From the IMG/VR virus record IMGVR_UViG_3300049203_000084, positions 1 through 62,151 of that record: a DNA stretch of 62,151 bases; one strand, given 5' to 3'. Origin of the DNA: a virus. Its lineage: Duplodnaviria; Caudoviricetes. Under the pieces are notes generated by a model, which saw only the letters and a program-made list of their open reading frames with translations, did not search any database and had not been told where the DNA came from. Each line of letters begins with the position of its first letter. The stretch's first letter is position 1. The position numbers and the translations under genes were made by a program. Positions 1 through 8,337 of this stretch are shown here, piece after piece.

Positions 1-98
1 GGGAGCAACCGAGGGGCCGGGGGTTTTCACCACACACTACAGGAGGAGTAGCACCACACAAATAGGATACAGCATTTTGTTTTTGGCCGGAAATGGCA
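1..98. repeat. Direct repeat, identical to 60356-60453 (contig wrap-around, flank of the capsid cassette)
   Basis: Base-by-base identity; first mismatch at 99 vs 60454. Confidence 0.95.
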
Positions 99-137
99 AA
101 AGCCCCTCACCGGATTTTCACCGATGAGGGGCCTTTG
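98..137 (-). terminator. Probable intrinsic terminator after MCP allele A
   Basis: GCCCCTCA...TGAGGGGC stem followed by a T-run on the minus strand. Confidence 0.65.
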
Positions 138-147
138 GTTGTTCAGA

Positions 148-1308
148 CTACGGGGTGCTGAACTGGGCAGGAGCGGCAGCGCCGTTGCCCTTGGAGGCCA
201 GCATTGCCTGAGTGTTCAGGTAAGCGCCGGACACAACGTGGCGGACACGGTAGGAGCTGGTGTCGTTCAGCAGCGAGCCTTCCAGACCCGGAACAGCGCC
301 ACCACCGAGGTAGTTGCCGCCGCCACCGGAGATGCGGATGTCCGGCTGCTCGTTGTTCTGCAGGAAGCCCAGAACGACGGAGCGGCGCTTGGAGTCGCGG
401 CCCTTGTCCGGCACCAAGTACCAAGTGGTCGCAGCCGTTGCAGACTGGTCAATCTCGGTCAGCCAGTCCGTTGCGGTCAGAGCCACGTCGGAGTTGGACA
501 CGCCGGTCTTGATTTCCTTGGTGCTGTCCGCGTTGCGGAGGGTCAGTTCCTTCACAGCCAGGATGGACTCGGCCTGATCCTTCATGGCGGTGGGGACCAG
601 CAGGCGGAACTTGGGAACGGAGACGTAGCTGCCGTTGACCTTGCGTGCGCGGATGGCCTTCTTGGCGAGCACCAGAGCGTCGAGGGAGAGCGGGTGCTCT
701 GCTGCGAACAGGCCGGTGTTGGCGTTGCCGTTGTCGGCGTTGAAGGTCAGGGCGTTGGGGCCGTCCTCGTCCGCCAGCACGCCGTAGGCCTCGGTGTCCT
801 CGGTGTTGGAGGCGTATTCGAGCAGCTTGCCGGGGATGGAGTTGATGAGGGACCACTCATCGTTGATGACCATTTCCCAGGTGAAGTCGAACGCGGCACC
901 GTTCTTGTAGAGCATGATGCCGCTCGCGGAAGTCGTGAAGCCGAACTTGGGGTATTCGGTGCCTTCCGGGATGCGTGCGAGCGACTGCGGCTTGGTCTTG
1001 GCCCCGCCGTTCTCGTCCAGGTTGATGTTCGGATCGAGCACCAGTTCACGGAGGAACTGCGGCTTGAAGTCGTTGAACACCTCTTTGGTGGCGAAGTCGG
1101 TCCACGTCGGAGTCAGTTTGGCGTACTGCTCCTTCAGGGTCTGCTTGATGCCGATGGCGAACGCGGCGGCAAGGTCAGAGGTGGAGACGGATTCGGTGAT
1201 GTACGCGGTGCCGTCAACCAGCGCCTTGACGCGGCCCTGAGCAGTGCGGTCACCGTTGAGAGCAGCACCAAAAATCTTGGAGGCCTCGGTGATGGTCTGG
1301 ATAGTCAT
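148..1308 (-). CDS. Major capsid protein, allele A (HK97-fold)
   Basis: 386 aa, downstream of protease/scaffold and decoration genes; IPEGTEYP and FTWEMVINDE motifs; homologous to 60498-61658. Confidence 0.88.
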   Translation of the reverse strand: MTIQTITEASKIFGAALNGDRTAQGRVKALVDGTAYITESVSTSDLAAAFAIGIKQTLKEQYAKLTPTWTDFATKEVFNDFKPQFLRELVLDPNINLDENGGAKTKPQSLARIPEGTEYPKFGFTTSASGIMLYKNGAAFDFTWEMVINDEWSLINSIPGKLLEYASNTEDTEAYGVLADEDGPNALTFNADNGNANTGLFAAEHPLSLDALVLAKKAIRARKVNGSYVSVPKFRLLVPTAMKDQAESILAVKELTLRNADSTKEIKTGVSNSDVALTATDWLTEIDQSATAATTWYLVPDKGRDSKRRSVVLGFLQNNEQPDIRISGGGGNYLGGGAVPGLEGSLLNDTSSYRVRHVVSGAYLNTQAMLASKGNGAAAPAQFSTP

Positions 1309-1319
1309 GTCAGCCTTCC

Positions 1320-1742
1320 TTATGCCGCATCCGGCACGACGCCGCCGTTGATGATTTTGACGTGGACATCAGCAAGCGGAGCGGTCTTGGCGGCGAGTGC
1401 CACACCGAACAGCTTGGTTCCGGCAGCTGCGGTGACCTGCAGCGTGTTGTCGGAGACCTTGATGTAGACGGGAGTTCCGAAAGCCGTGACGCCCGTGACC
1501 GGGAGAAGGGCGGAACCCTTCAGAGCCACCGAGGCGAATCCGGGCTTGTTGCCGGAGGCTGCGCCGGAAGGCTGGGTCAGGGTGGCACCGGCACCGAGCG
1601 TGATGGTCTCGGTAACCGAGCCCTCTGCGGTGACGGTGACGGCGTTGAGGGCACCAATGCGCAGAGCCTTGCCTGCTTTTGTGCCAGTGGGTACTGGGGC
1701 GGAAAGGTAATCCGCTTCCTTGAAGACAAAGTTCTTTGCCAT
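1320..1742 (-). CDS. Capsid decoration/cement protein, allele A
   Basis: 140 aa, Gly/Ala/Thr-rich beta protein directly upstream of the MCP; GxPVY...FGVAL pattern. Confidence 0.75.
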   Translation of the reverse strand: MAKNFVFKEADYLSAPVPTGTKAGKALRIGALNAVTVTAEGSVTETITLGAGATLTQPSGAASGNKPGFASVALKGSALLPVTGVTAFGTPVYIKVSDNTLQVTAAAGTKLFGVALAAKTAPLADVHVKIINGGVVPDAA

Positions 1743-1801
1743 TGTTCAGCCTTTCATAGCCGCTGCTGCTATTTATCAGTATACGGCATTGGAAATAAAC
1801 A
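1705..1801. repeat. Direct repeat, identical to 62055-62151 (window end)
   Basis: 97-bp identity; first mismatch at 1704 vs 62054. Confidence 0.95.
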
Positions 1802-1923
1802 CTATTTGAGTAAAGCCTGCCCGGAATTGTGTGCCCGTGAAATCCATCATGGGGCACACAATCCCGAGCTACTGCAATGCCCGAAAGCCGTCTGCAGCGG
1901 ACGAGAAACGGATCACCGCCTAA

Positions 1924-2859
1924 TTAGCCGCCGAAGATGTTTGCGCCGATTTTGGAACCGGCAGCTTCCTGAAGTTCCTCAGAGCCGTTGCCCTTGAACT
2001 CCTTGCCGGATTCCTCGATGACGGTCTCCAGGTACTTCTTCTCGGCGGAAATGGCCTCGGCCAGTTCGGTGCCGGATTCGACAGCTGCGATGACCTTGGC
2101 GTGAGCAGCCTTGGGCAGCTCGGCTTCGACCAGTGCGCCTGCAATCTCGGCGGCGGACGGAGCCTTGGGCTCGTCCTTCTTGGCAGCTTCGGTCAGGGCG
2201 TCAGCCTTGGCCTTGTCTTCCTTGTCGGCGCGCTCCACGAGAGCGGCGAGGGCGGTAGCGGTCTGCTTGTTGCTCTCAACGAGAGCGTCCAGGGCATCCG
2301 TAAATTCCTTGGGGAGTTCCATGATGTCTTCTTTCTTTTGGGACTCTGCAACACTCTCGGCAGCAGAATTTTCTCGGGCTGATTCCAGCAATTTGTCGAA
2401 GCCTCCACCGGCCCCGGCAGTTGTCACCACGTCCACCGAGGTAACGGAGGTGAACGCCTTCAGCACGGGGCCGTCAGCGGTTTCCTCCACATCGCCCGAG
2501 GCGCGGATCGACATTCCGATCACGCCTGCCTCAGCGAGTTCCTTGATTTCCTGCTGGTGCTTGGTGAAGAACCGAACGTTGGCGTAAAGGTCATTGCCAT
2601 CAAATTCGGAATCGGATTCAAAGACGCCCACAATTTCCTTGTAGGAACGCTCGGGGCGATTCCACTTTTCGTCCATCGTGGGGTGGTCACCATAAACGCG
2701 GGTGCCCTTGGCGAACAGGTTGGCCCCGGCCTCCACCACTTCTTTGGGGTAATAGGCCGAGGAGCCTCTGCGGTTTCCCTCGATAACCTTGACACGCCAA
2801 ACAGCGCCGGTCAGAGAGTCAGCGGAAATTTTGCTGGCTTCAAATAGCTCTTTGGGCAT
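1924..2859 (-). CDS. Capsid maturation protease fused to scaffolding domain
   Basis: N-terminal prohead-protease-like motifs (YGDHP, GMSI, SVDVVTTAGAGG); Ala/Glu-rich helical C-terminus; start MPKELF with GGAG RBS. Confidence 0.8.
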   Translation of the reverse strand: MPKELFEASKISADSLTGAVWRVKVIEGNRRGSSAYYPKEVVEAGANLFAKGTRVYGDHPTMDEKWNRPERSYKEIVGVFESDSEFDGNDLYANVRFFTKHQQEIKELAEAGVIGMSIRASGDVEETADGPVLKAFTSVTSVDVVTTAGAGGGFDKLLESARENSAAESVAESQKKEDIMELPKEFTDALDALVESNKQTATALAALVERADKEDKAKADALTEAAKKDEPKAPSAAEIAGALVEAELPKAAHAKVIAAVESGTELAEAISAEKKYLETVIEESGKEFKGNGSEELQEAAGSKIGANIFGG

Positions 2860-2942
2860 TGAAACTCCATTCATCTATGTCAAGTTTATCAGTCGCGTAT
2901 TTGTAGCGTTTCCGCCACGAATATGAAAACAGTAAGTGACGG

Positions 2943-4568
2943 TCAGCGTTTGTCCTGCTGCGCGTCCTTGCGGTACGAGTTGTCACCGTAGGACTTGGCC
3001 GTCGAGGCGTCCTTCTTCACCTTTGGACCCTTGCCTCCAGCGGGCAGGGCCTTTGGCCCCGGAGTTCCCGGCACACCACCAGCGGGCTTCTCCTTGGCCA
3101 GCTTCTCGGCGTGCTCGGCTGCCTTCTCGGCAGCCTCGGCCTGCATCTTGGCTTCAAGGATCAGGTTGCCCAGCTCCTCCTCGGTGGGCACCTTCTCGGG
3201 GTCCAGGGTCTGCAGGTCGAGTACCTTGACGATGAGCTTGCGCATCTCCTTGTCCGAGAACAGGTTCAGCGGCAGCAGCGAGACAATCGACTGAATCTGG
3301 CGGTAGACGGCCTCTTCCTCGATCTTCGGGAAGATGACCTTCACGTCGAAGCCGAGGTAGTTGAAGATCGCCTCGAAGAACATCTTGTGCTCCGACTGGC
3401 GGGCGCGCATGACCTTCTCGTTGGAGCCGGTCAGCGTCTCAGCCGAGGCGCGGTTGGCGTTCCCGGCGTCGGCGGTCAGCTCGTTCAGCGGCACGTTCAG
3501 GCCAGCGGCGACGTAGCCCGCCAGCGGCAGGCCAGCCTCGAAGTCCACGGAGCCGCCCGTGCGGCCCACCGAGGAGATGGTGGCACCCATGCCGGTGACA
3601 GCGGTTGCACCCACGGACTGGGGCTGGCCGGTCATCGGATCGAGCGTGGGGCTCGTGGCCACCTTGGTGGCAGCAGCCTTGGCGTTGGCAGCCGTGGGGG
3701 TGGCCACCTTCCAGGCGAACCGCGAGTAGGCCTTGACCAGCGTGGCCTGCGACTCCAGAAACTCCTTGTGCGCCTTGGCCCAGAAGATCACGCTCAGCAG
3801 GTCAGGCACACCCCACTTCCAGCCAGCCTGCTTGTTGACGCTGTGGCCTGCGATGCGCTGGTCCAGAATGACCGGCTTGCCCTTGAAGCGCCGGGGCCTG
3901 CCGTTGGACTCGTCATAGTCGATGGCCGGGTAGTAGGCCACCCTGTCCTCAACCTTCTCCTCCACGGAGTTGGCCTTGGTGACGGTGACCTTCCACTCGC
4001 GGCGGTAGAACCAGATTTCCTCCGAGTTCTCGGGGTTTGAAATCGTTCCGGTGATCTGCCGCATGGGGATGCGCGCCACTGCGCCGGTCTTGGACTTGGC
4101 ACCGGGCTTGGTGACCATCAGGAAGAAGTTGCCGTCCGTGCCAAGGCACTGCTCCAGCTCCTGCCACGCCTTGTCCGAGAGCAGGTACTTCTGGTTGACG
4201 GGGTTCTTGACGAACTCCTCGTGCTCCTCCAGCCCTTCAAGGATGACGCCGTTGCCCCAGATGTAGGCCGTGCGCACCGCGAGACCCCGCTTGATGAGGG
4301 GGTTGATGACCGCGAGAGCCCGAGTGACGTTGGTGTAGCCCTTGATGGCCGACAGCGGCAGCTCGTTCATGTCGGCGTCTTCACCGAGCGGACGCCAGCC
4401 GATGTTGTCCAGCGCCAGCTGCACGTCGGCCAGCGACTCGGCCAGCTCGATGACCTTGCCGGACAGGGCCGCGTTGGCTGCCGTCACCTCGGCCAGCTCG
4501 GTCGATGTCGGAGTTCCTGCCGCCTCCGAGACTGCCACCTGCTGGCGCGCTGCACGTTTCCTGGACAT
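2943..4568 (-). CDS. Portal protein
   Basis: About 540 aa between TerL and the protease; NPLIKRG and DGNFF motifs; AGGAG RBS before MSRKR. Confidence 0.85.
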   Translation of the reverse strand: MSRKRAARQQVAVSEAAGTPTSTELAEVTAANAALSGKVIELAESLADVQLALDNIGWRPLGEDADMNELPLSAIKGYTNVTRALAVINPLIKRGLAVRTAYIWGNGVILEGLEEHEEFVKNPVNQKYLLSDKAWQELEQCLGTDGNFFLMVTKPGAKSKTGAVARIPMRQITGTISNPENSEEIWFYRREWKVTVTKANSVEEKVEDRVAYYPAIDYDESNGRPRRFKGKPVILDQRIAGHSVNKQAGWKWGVPDLLSVIFWAKAHKEFLESQATLVKAYSRFAWKVATPTAANAKAAATKVATSPTLDPMTGQPQSVGATAVTGMGATISSVGRTGGSVDFEAGLPLAGYVAAGLNVPLNELTADAGNANRASAETLTGSNEKVMRARQSEHKMFFEAIFNYLGFDVKVIFPKIEEEAVYRQIQSIVSLLPLNLFSDKEMRKLIVKVLDLQTLDPEKVPTEEELGNLILEAKMQAEAAEKAAEHAEKLAKEKPAGGVPGTPGPKALPAGGKGPKVKKDASTAKSYGDNSYRKDAQQDKR

Positions 4569-4656
4569 GAAACTCCTAAAGTCAATGCTGAGAACCAGCG
4601 ATGACTCCAATTCTATCAAGTCATGCTTTATTGCCTCTTGACTAAAGGCTTATCGA

Positions 4657-6150
4657 CTAGTAGGGCGAGATTTGCGACTCGTGCGCGTGCAGAAATTCCT
4701 CGGCGGCAACCTCGAATTGCTCGCCCACCGGCAATTTCGCCACGGGGTCTTTCGGATCAATATGCAAATCCATCACGGCATAAGCGAAGGCGTCAGCGTA
4801 GTCAGGGGATTTCCCGGTTTTGGCCCGGATTTCCTCTTTCGATGCCACCTGCAATGCGGAACGGGTGTTTTTGAAGTGGTACTCCAGATCACCGAGTTCC
4901 TTTATCAGCTCGGTGTCTTCCTCATCAATATCCAGCTTGCCGTTCAGCATCCGCTCGCGGATGGTGTCATACATCTCGGCGCGGGTGTTCAGCCACTTGT
5001 CGTTGTCGGACGAGGCCGCGTTGCCGATGATGCCGATGGTCTCGAACAGCCCGAGGGACTTGTTGCCCACCATCTCGTAGACACCGGCACCGATGCCCAC
5101 GCCGTCGATCCTGACCTCATCCACGCCGTGGTCATGCGCGAGCTTCACCACGCGCGCGGCGGTCTCGGTCAGGGTGGCCTTGCTCCACTTGTCCAGGAGC
5201 CGCGCCACGCCATCGTGGTAGATGTAGACCACCGTGAAGTCACCGCCCATGCGGGCAACGTCCACGCCGAGGCGCGGCTTGGAGTCCTGCCGGACCTGCA
5301 GCTCGGTCATCTTGCCGACAGCCAGTGTGCCCTCGGGGAACAGCGCGTTGGTGCCGTCCATCGAGAACTCGCCCAGCACCTTGGAGCGGAAGCGCGGGGA
5401 CTCCTCGCCCCACTCCTTCTTGCGGTCCTCGATCCACTGCAGCGTCACCAGACCGCCGCTGGCCTCCTCCGGGAACGGCTCGCCCGTGATGTTGGGGGAG
5501 TCGTAGGAGTTGATCGTGATCTTGTGCCACGTCTCGTTGTTGGACTTCCAGATTTCGCCAAAGGGCGTGTTCACATCGTCAGGGTTCCCGATGGCAAGGG
5601 CGGCATCGTACTTACCCGTGGTGATGGCCGAGACGGCAGTGAAGATGGTCTCAGGGATACCGCAGGACTCGTCCAGGACAGCCAGCACACCCTGGCGGCG
5701 GTGGATACCTTGGAAGGCGTGCTCGTTGGTGTTCGAGGGCTTGCGTCCGAAGGCGCGCTTGACGCGCAGGTCCGACTTCCACTCGTTGTCGAGCGAGATG
5801 TCGCCCCAGAGCTTGCCCTTCAGCTTGTGGTCGCGCAGGTACTCCCAGATGATGTCCAGCTGGTTCTGTGTGGGCGCAGTGGTGACCGCGATGGAGTCCA
5901 AGTCCTTGCGGGTGTCAGCCCACCACGCCACGATGATGGACGCGACAAAGGACTTGCCGACGCCGTGGCCGGACTTCACCGCCACGCGCTTGTACTTCAG
6001 CAGCGCCTCGGCAATTTCCACCTGTTTTTTCCAAAGGGTGTACCCAAGCTTGTCTTTCGCCCACAACGCGATGTCCGTCTTGTACCGCTCGTTGAGAGCC
6101 GCCTGTTCGAGTTCCTTGGACGCCTGCCTCATGGCATCGAGCACACTCAT
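4657..6150 (-). CDS. terL: Terminase large subunit
   Basis: Walker A VKSGHGVGKS, Walker B VLAVLDES, nuclease motifs GVDVARMGGD and SPDYADA. Confidence 0.95.
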   Translation of the reverse strand: MSVLDAMRQASKELEQAALNERYKTDIALWAKDKLGYTLWKKQVEIAEALLKYKRVAVKSGHGVGKSFVASIIVAWWADTRKDLDSIAVTTAPTQNQLDIIWEYLRDHKLKGKLWGDISLDNEWKSDLRVKRAFGRKPSNTNEHAFQGIHRRQGVLAVLDESCGIPETIFTAVSAITTGKYDAALAIGNPDDVNTPFGEIWKSNNETWHKITINSYDSPNITGEPFPEEASGGLVTLQWIEDRKKEWGEESPRFRSKVLGEFSMDGTNALFPEGTLAVGKMTELQVRQDSKPRLGVDVARMGGDFTVVYIYHDGVARLLDKWSKATLTETAARVVKLAHDHGVDEVRIDGVGIGAGVYEMVGNKSLGLFETIGIIGNAASSDNDKWLNTRAEMYDTIRERMLNGKLDIDEEDTELIKELGDLEYHFKNTRSALQVASKEEIRAKTGKSPDYADAFAYAVMDLHIDPKDPVAKLPVGEQFEVAAEEFLHAHESQISPY

Positions 6151-6623
6151 GCTGCTTGCTTCCTTTTCGCTCTTCCGTAGTCCCTTGCCCTTGTGCGCAT
6201 ACACTCGCGGCACTCTCGCCCGCCTCGTGAACGGTGATGGGTGTTCTCGGGCGTGAACTCGTGGCCATTGATGCAGTGTGTCTTGGCCACGTTTTCCGCA
6301 GCGAGGGTTCCGCCGCGCATCAAGTTCTCTCGATTGGTCTCCACCTGCAGGTGCTTGGGGTTGCAGCACCTGCGGTGCGGGCAGGTCTTACCGCCCTCAC
6401 ACGTTTCGGGGTCATGGCAAAGGTGGTCGAGAACCCTCCCCTCGGGGACTGGCCCAACCATGTGCTCATAGAAGAACTTGTGAGCCCTGTGATTGCGCAT
6501 GTTCGAGGCCAGCTGACCATACCCATCGCCGTTGGTCCCTCCAGGCCACAGCCAGCACGCCTCTGGGTCTGAGGTATCGAGCTTGGCTAGGTGATCCTCG
6601 AACGTCTTGACTGGCGCTCCCAT
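6147..6623 (-). CDS. HNH endonuclease with C-terminal Zn domain
   Basis: CWLWPG..GYG..AHK..LDHLC..CCNPKHL..N motif, then HCINGH..CREC. Confidence 0.9.
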   Translation of the reverse strand: MGAPVKTFEDHLAKLDTSDPEACWLWPGGTNGDGYGQLASNMRNHRAHKFFYEHMVGPVPEGRVLDHLCHDPETCEGGKTCPHRRCCNPKHLQVETNRENLMRGGTLAAENVAKTHCINGHEFTPENTHHRSRGGRECRECMRTRARDYGRAKRKQAA

Positions 6624-6850
6624 TACTCAGGCAGGTCTTCCTTTAGGCGGTACATGAGGGTGGTGAAAGCCGCTTGATCTTCGTACACAGCGTGGAAGGC
6701 CCGGAGGAGTCCAATGGTCACGTTGAAGTAGGATTCGGTGCTGCGGTGCAGGCGCGTGCGGATCGCGGCCCAGTCCGGCTCGTGACCGTCGTTGGCGTAG
6801 AACAGGTCCAGGATGTCGGTCACGTCCGGGGTGTAGATGCCCTTGCTCAT
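6623..6850 (-). CDS. Hypothetical protein
   Basis: Overlap-coupled ORF in the packaging operon. Confidence 0.7.
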   Translation of the reverse strand: MSKGIYTPDVTDILDLFYANDGHEPDWAAIRTRLHRSTESYFNVTIGLLRAFHAVYEDQAAFTTLMYRLKEDLPE

Positions 6851-7395
6851 GCTTCGGTCTCCTCCTGCTGGGCGAGGACACGCTGCGCCTCGACGTTGAA
6901 CAACTGGGTCAGCTCGGGGCCGGTGAGTTCGCCCTTGATCGCCTTGATGGTCTTGTGCTTCTCGAAGGCTTGCTCGATGTGCTGGGTCATGGCTGCCGAC
7001 AGTGCGAACACGGCCTGGAGGATGAGCTGTGTCTGCGCGGCGGTGATCTGCACCAGCCGGTCCTCGGCCTCGCGCTTCATGTCCTTGTTGATGCCCTGCA
7101 GCGCGGCGATTTCTTTGAGGAGCTTGATGACCACCTCGTAGTCCTCGGCCTTGTCGGCATAGCGCAGCCGGTCATTGACCTTGGTGAGCAGATTCTCCAG
7201 CCGGAGTTCCTGCAAAACGGCCTGTTCCTCTGGCGGCATAATGTCGCGGGAAGAAATGAAATCCCGCCACGCGATAATCACGTCTTCGGGCTGAACGCCA
7301 ATTCGGACGGAAATTTCCTCGAATGTGTAGCCCTTGACACGCAAATCGCGCACCTGGACCGTGAGGGCGTCCATTGTATTCGGTATTTCTTCCAT
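6847..7395 (-). CDS. Probable terminase small subunit
   Basis: N-terminal HTH (LRVKGYTFEEISVRIGV), helical body, upstream of TerL. Confidence 0.55.
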   Translation of the reverse strand: MEEIPNTMDALTVQVRDLRVKGYTFEEISVRIGVQPEDVIIAWRDFISSRDIMPPEEQAVLQELRLENLLTKVNDRLRYADKAEDYEVVIKLLKEIAALQGINKDMKREAEDRLVQITAAQTQLILQAVFALSAAMTQHIEQAFEKHKTIKAIKGELTGPELTQLFNVEAQRVLAQQEETEA

Positions 7396-7448
7396 GTCTA
7401 TAGCTTAGTGCAAGGAACTTTTTACACACCTTTTTACACAGCCCGTGG

Positions 7449-7494
7449 AAAAGCAGAAGGCCCCTGAGCGGTGGAAGTCACTTAGGGGCCTTGC
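7449..7494 (-). terminator. Terminator closing the ncRNA operon
   Basis: AAGGCCCCT...AGGGGCCTT stem followed by CTGCTTTTCC on the minus strand. Confidence 0.7.
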
Positions 7495-7563
7495 TGTGCG
7501 TTTACCGCCCGCTCGGCTCTCTTCTTCCTCCAGGCTTGCACTGGCATGAGGCCGATCTGAGAG

Positions 7564-7674
7564 TGAGGCTGGTGGGATTCGAACTCCACGTCCACTTCCC
7601 CGGCATAAGGTTGGACACCGATTCACGGACTGCCGCCGTGGGTGTAGCTATTGCCATCCACTACAGACAGCCTC
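7564..7674 (-). ncRNA. Expanded tRNA-like RNA 1 (111 nt)
   Basis: GAGGCTG/CAGCCTC acceptor; TGTAG/CTACA arm; CACGG-CGGCAGT-CCGTG arm; GTCCA/TGGAC extra arm; TTCGAAT T-loop on a bulged stem. Confidence 0.6.
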
Positions 7675-7680
7675 ACTCAG

Positions 7681-7741
7681 TGGACTGCCGGGTCTCGAAC
7701 CCGGGATGCTCCCGGCAGGTACACCCTGCTAAGCCAGTCCA
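7681..7741 (-). ncRNA. Truncated tRNA-like RNA 2 (61 nt)
   Basis: TGGACTG/CAGTCCA acceptor; perfect T-arm CCGGG-TTCGAGA-CCCGG; a single GCAGG/CCTGC hairpin in place of the D and anticodon arms. Confidence 0.65.
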
Positions 7742-7911
7742 TTTTGAACCCATCTATAGGTTCTCCCTCTCCCACCCAGACTGAAGGGGTACTGGGCCGA
7801 GAGGGCTATTCGCTCGTTATCGAGCATGACGGTTATTTCAGGTGCTAACTCTTCTAGAAGTAGTCCGCTCCCACATGCGGAACACCAGAGCATTGTCATC
7901 TCGCTCAGGAG

Positions 7912-7980
7912 TGGGGCTGGCAGGAGTCGAACCTGCAACCTATGGATCATCCACTTGCTCTGCCTTTGAGCTACAGCCCC
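7912..7980 (-). tRNA. tRNA-like gene 3 with collapsed anticodon loop (pseudo-tRNA)
   Basis: GGGGCTG-TA-GCTC-AAAGGCA-GAGC...AGGTT-GCAGG-TTCGACT-CCTGC-CAGCCCC-A; anticodon arm GTGGA-TGA-TCCAT has only a 3-nt loop; no encoded CCA. Confidence 0.75.
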
Positions 7981-8142
7981 TCATCCCTCGCATCCCCTTC
8001 TCGGATAGGGCACCCGTTCCGGTCTGCGTGTGTGACCCGGCAGCATCAACTTGGGGGACTTTCCCTCGGCTCCTACATATCGGTCACCGAGGTAGCCTTA
8101 TGCGGCTGATTTCTGAAAATCAGTCTTCTTCAGTTTCGCCCA

Positions 8143-8238
8143 TTAGGCTGCCACCTTCTCTTCAGTGGCATCCGTGGAGAGCCAGTAGTTGGCCCACATG
8201 GTGGCCACGTCCTGGATTGCCTGCTCTCGTGATGCCAT
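8143..8238 (-). CDS. 31-aa peptide MASREQAIQDVATMWANYWLSTDATEEKVAA heading the ncRNA operon
   Basis: CAGGAGCAAC RBS with AC-rich leader; promoter directly upstream. Confidence 0.6.
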   Translation of the reverse strand: MASREQAIQDVATMWANYWLSTDATEEKVAA

Positions 8239-8276
8239 CGTTGCTCCTGATGCTCTGTGCTGTGGTGTGTAAGAAG

Positions 8277-8306
8277 ACAGTAGCACCACAAGAAAATAAA
8301 GGGCAA
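8277..8306 (-). promoter_or_regulatory. SigA-like promoter divergent from the integrase
   Basis: TTGCCC-18 nt-TACTGT with extended TG. Confidence 0.55.
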
Positions 8307-8337
8307 GCCCTCTTGACTGCCAATTTAGAATTGCCCC

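Noticed and set aside
1-98. Physical direct terminal repeats at the window ends
   Set aside because: The two ends do not match each other; each matches an internal flank of the capsid cassette with a k-mer-like length, as expected from an assembly graph.
124-1467. Long antisense ORFs (e.g. 124-1467, 4672-6180, 35812-37980, 50883-53003, 60588-61817)
   Set aside because: Shadow frames of high-GC genes on the opposite strand; no RBS or recognisable motifs.
1924-2322. Separate scaffold protein from an internal ATG at 2322
   Set aside because: Plausible by analogy to lambda Nu3, but the upstream SD (AAAGAAG) is weak, so it is not called as a feature.
7564-7674. tmRNA or functional tRNA-Cys(GCA)
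   Set aside because: The 3' end resembles tmRNA, but there is no G3-U70 pair, tag ORF or sufficient length. The GCA loop lacks U33 and the arm spacing is non-canonical.
7850-7911. Theta/HDV-like or hammerhead ribozyme after the tRNA-like gene
   Set aside because: No G+1 nested double pseudoknot and no CUGANGA/GAAA core identifiable by eye.
7912-7980. Functional tRNA-Ser(TGA)
   Set aside because: TGA sits in a 3-nt loop and there is no long variable arm, so it cannot be a normal decoder.
8040-8070. RNase P RNA-like GAGGGAAAGTCC on the minus strand
   Set aside because: Imperfect match to GAGGAAAGUCC, and I found no complementary P4 3' strand.
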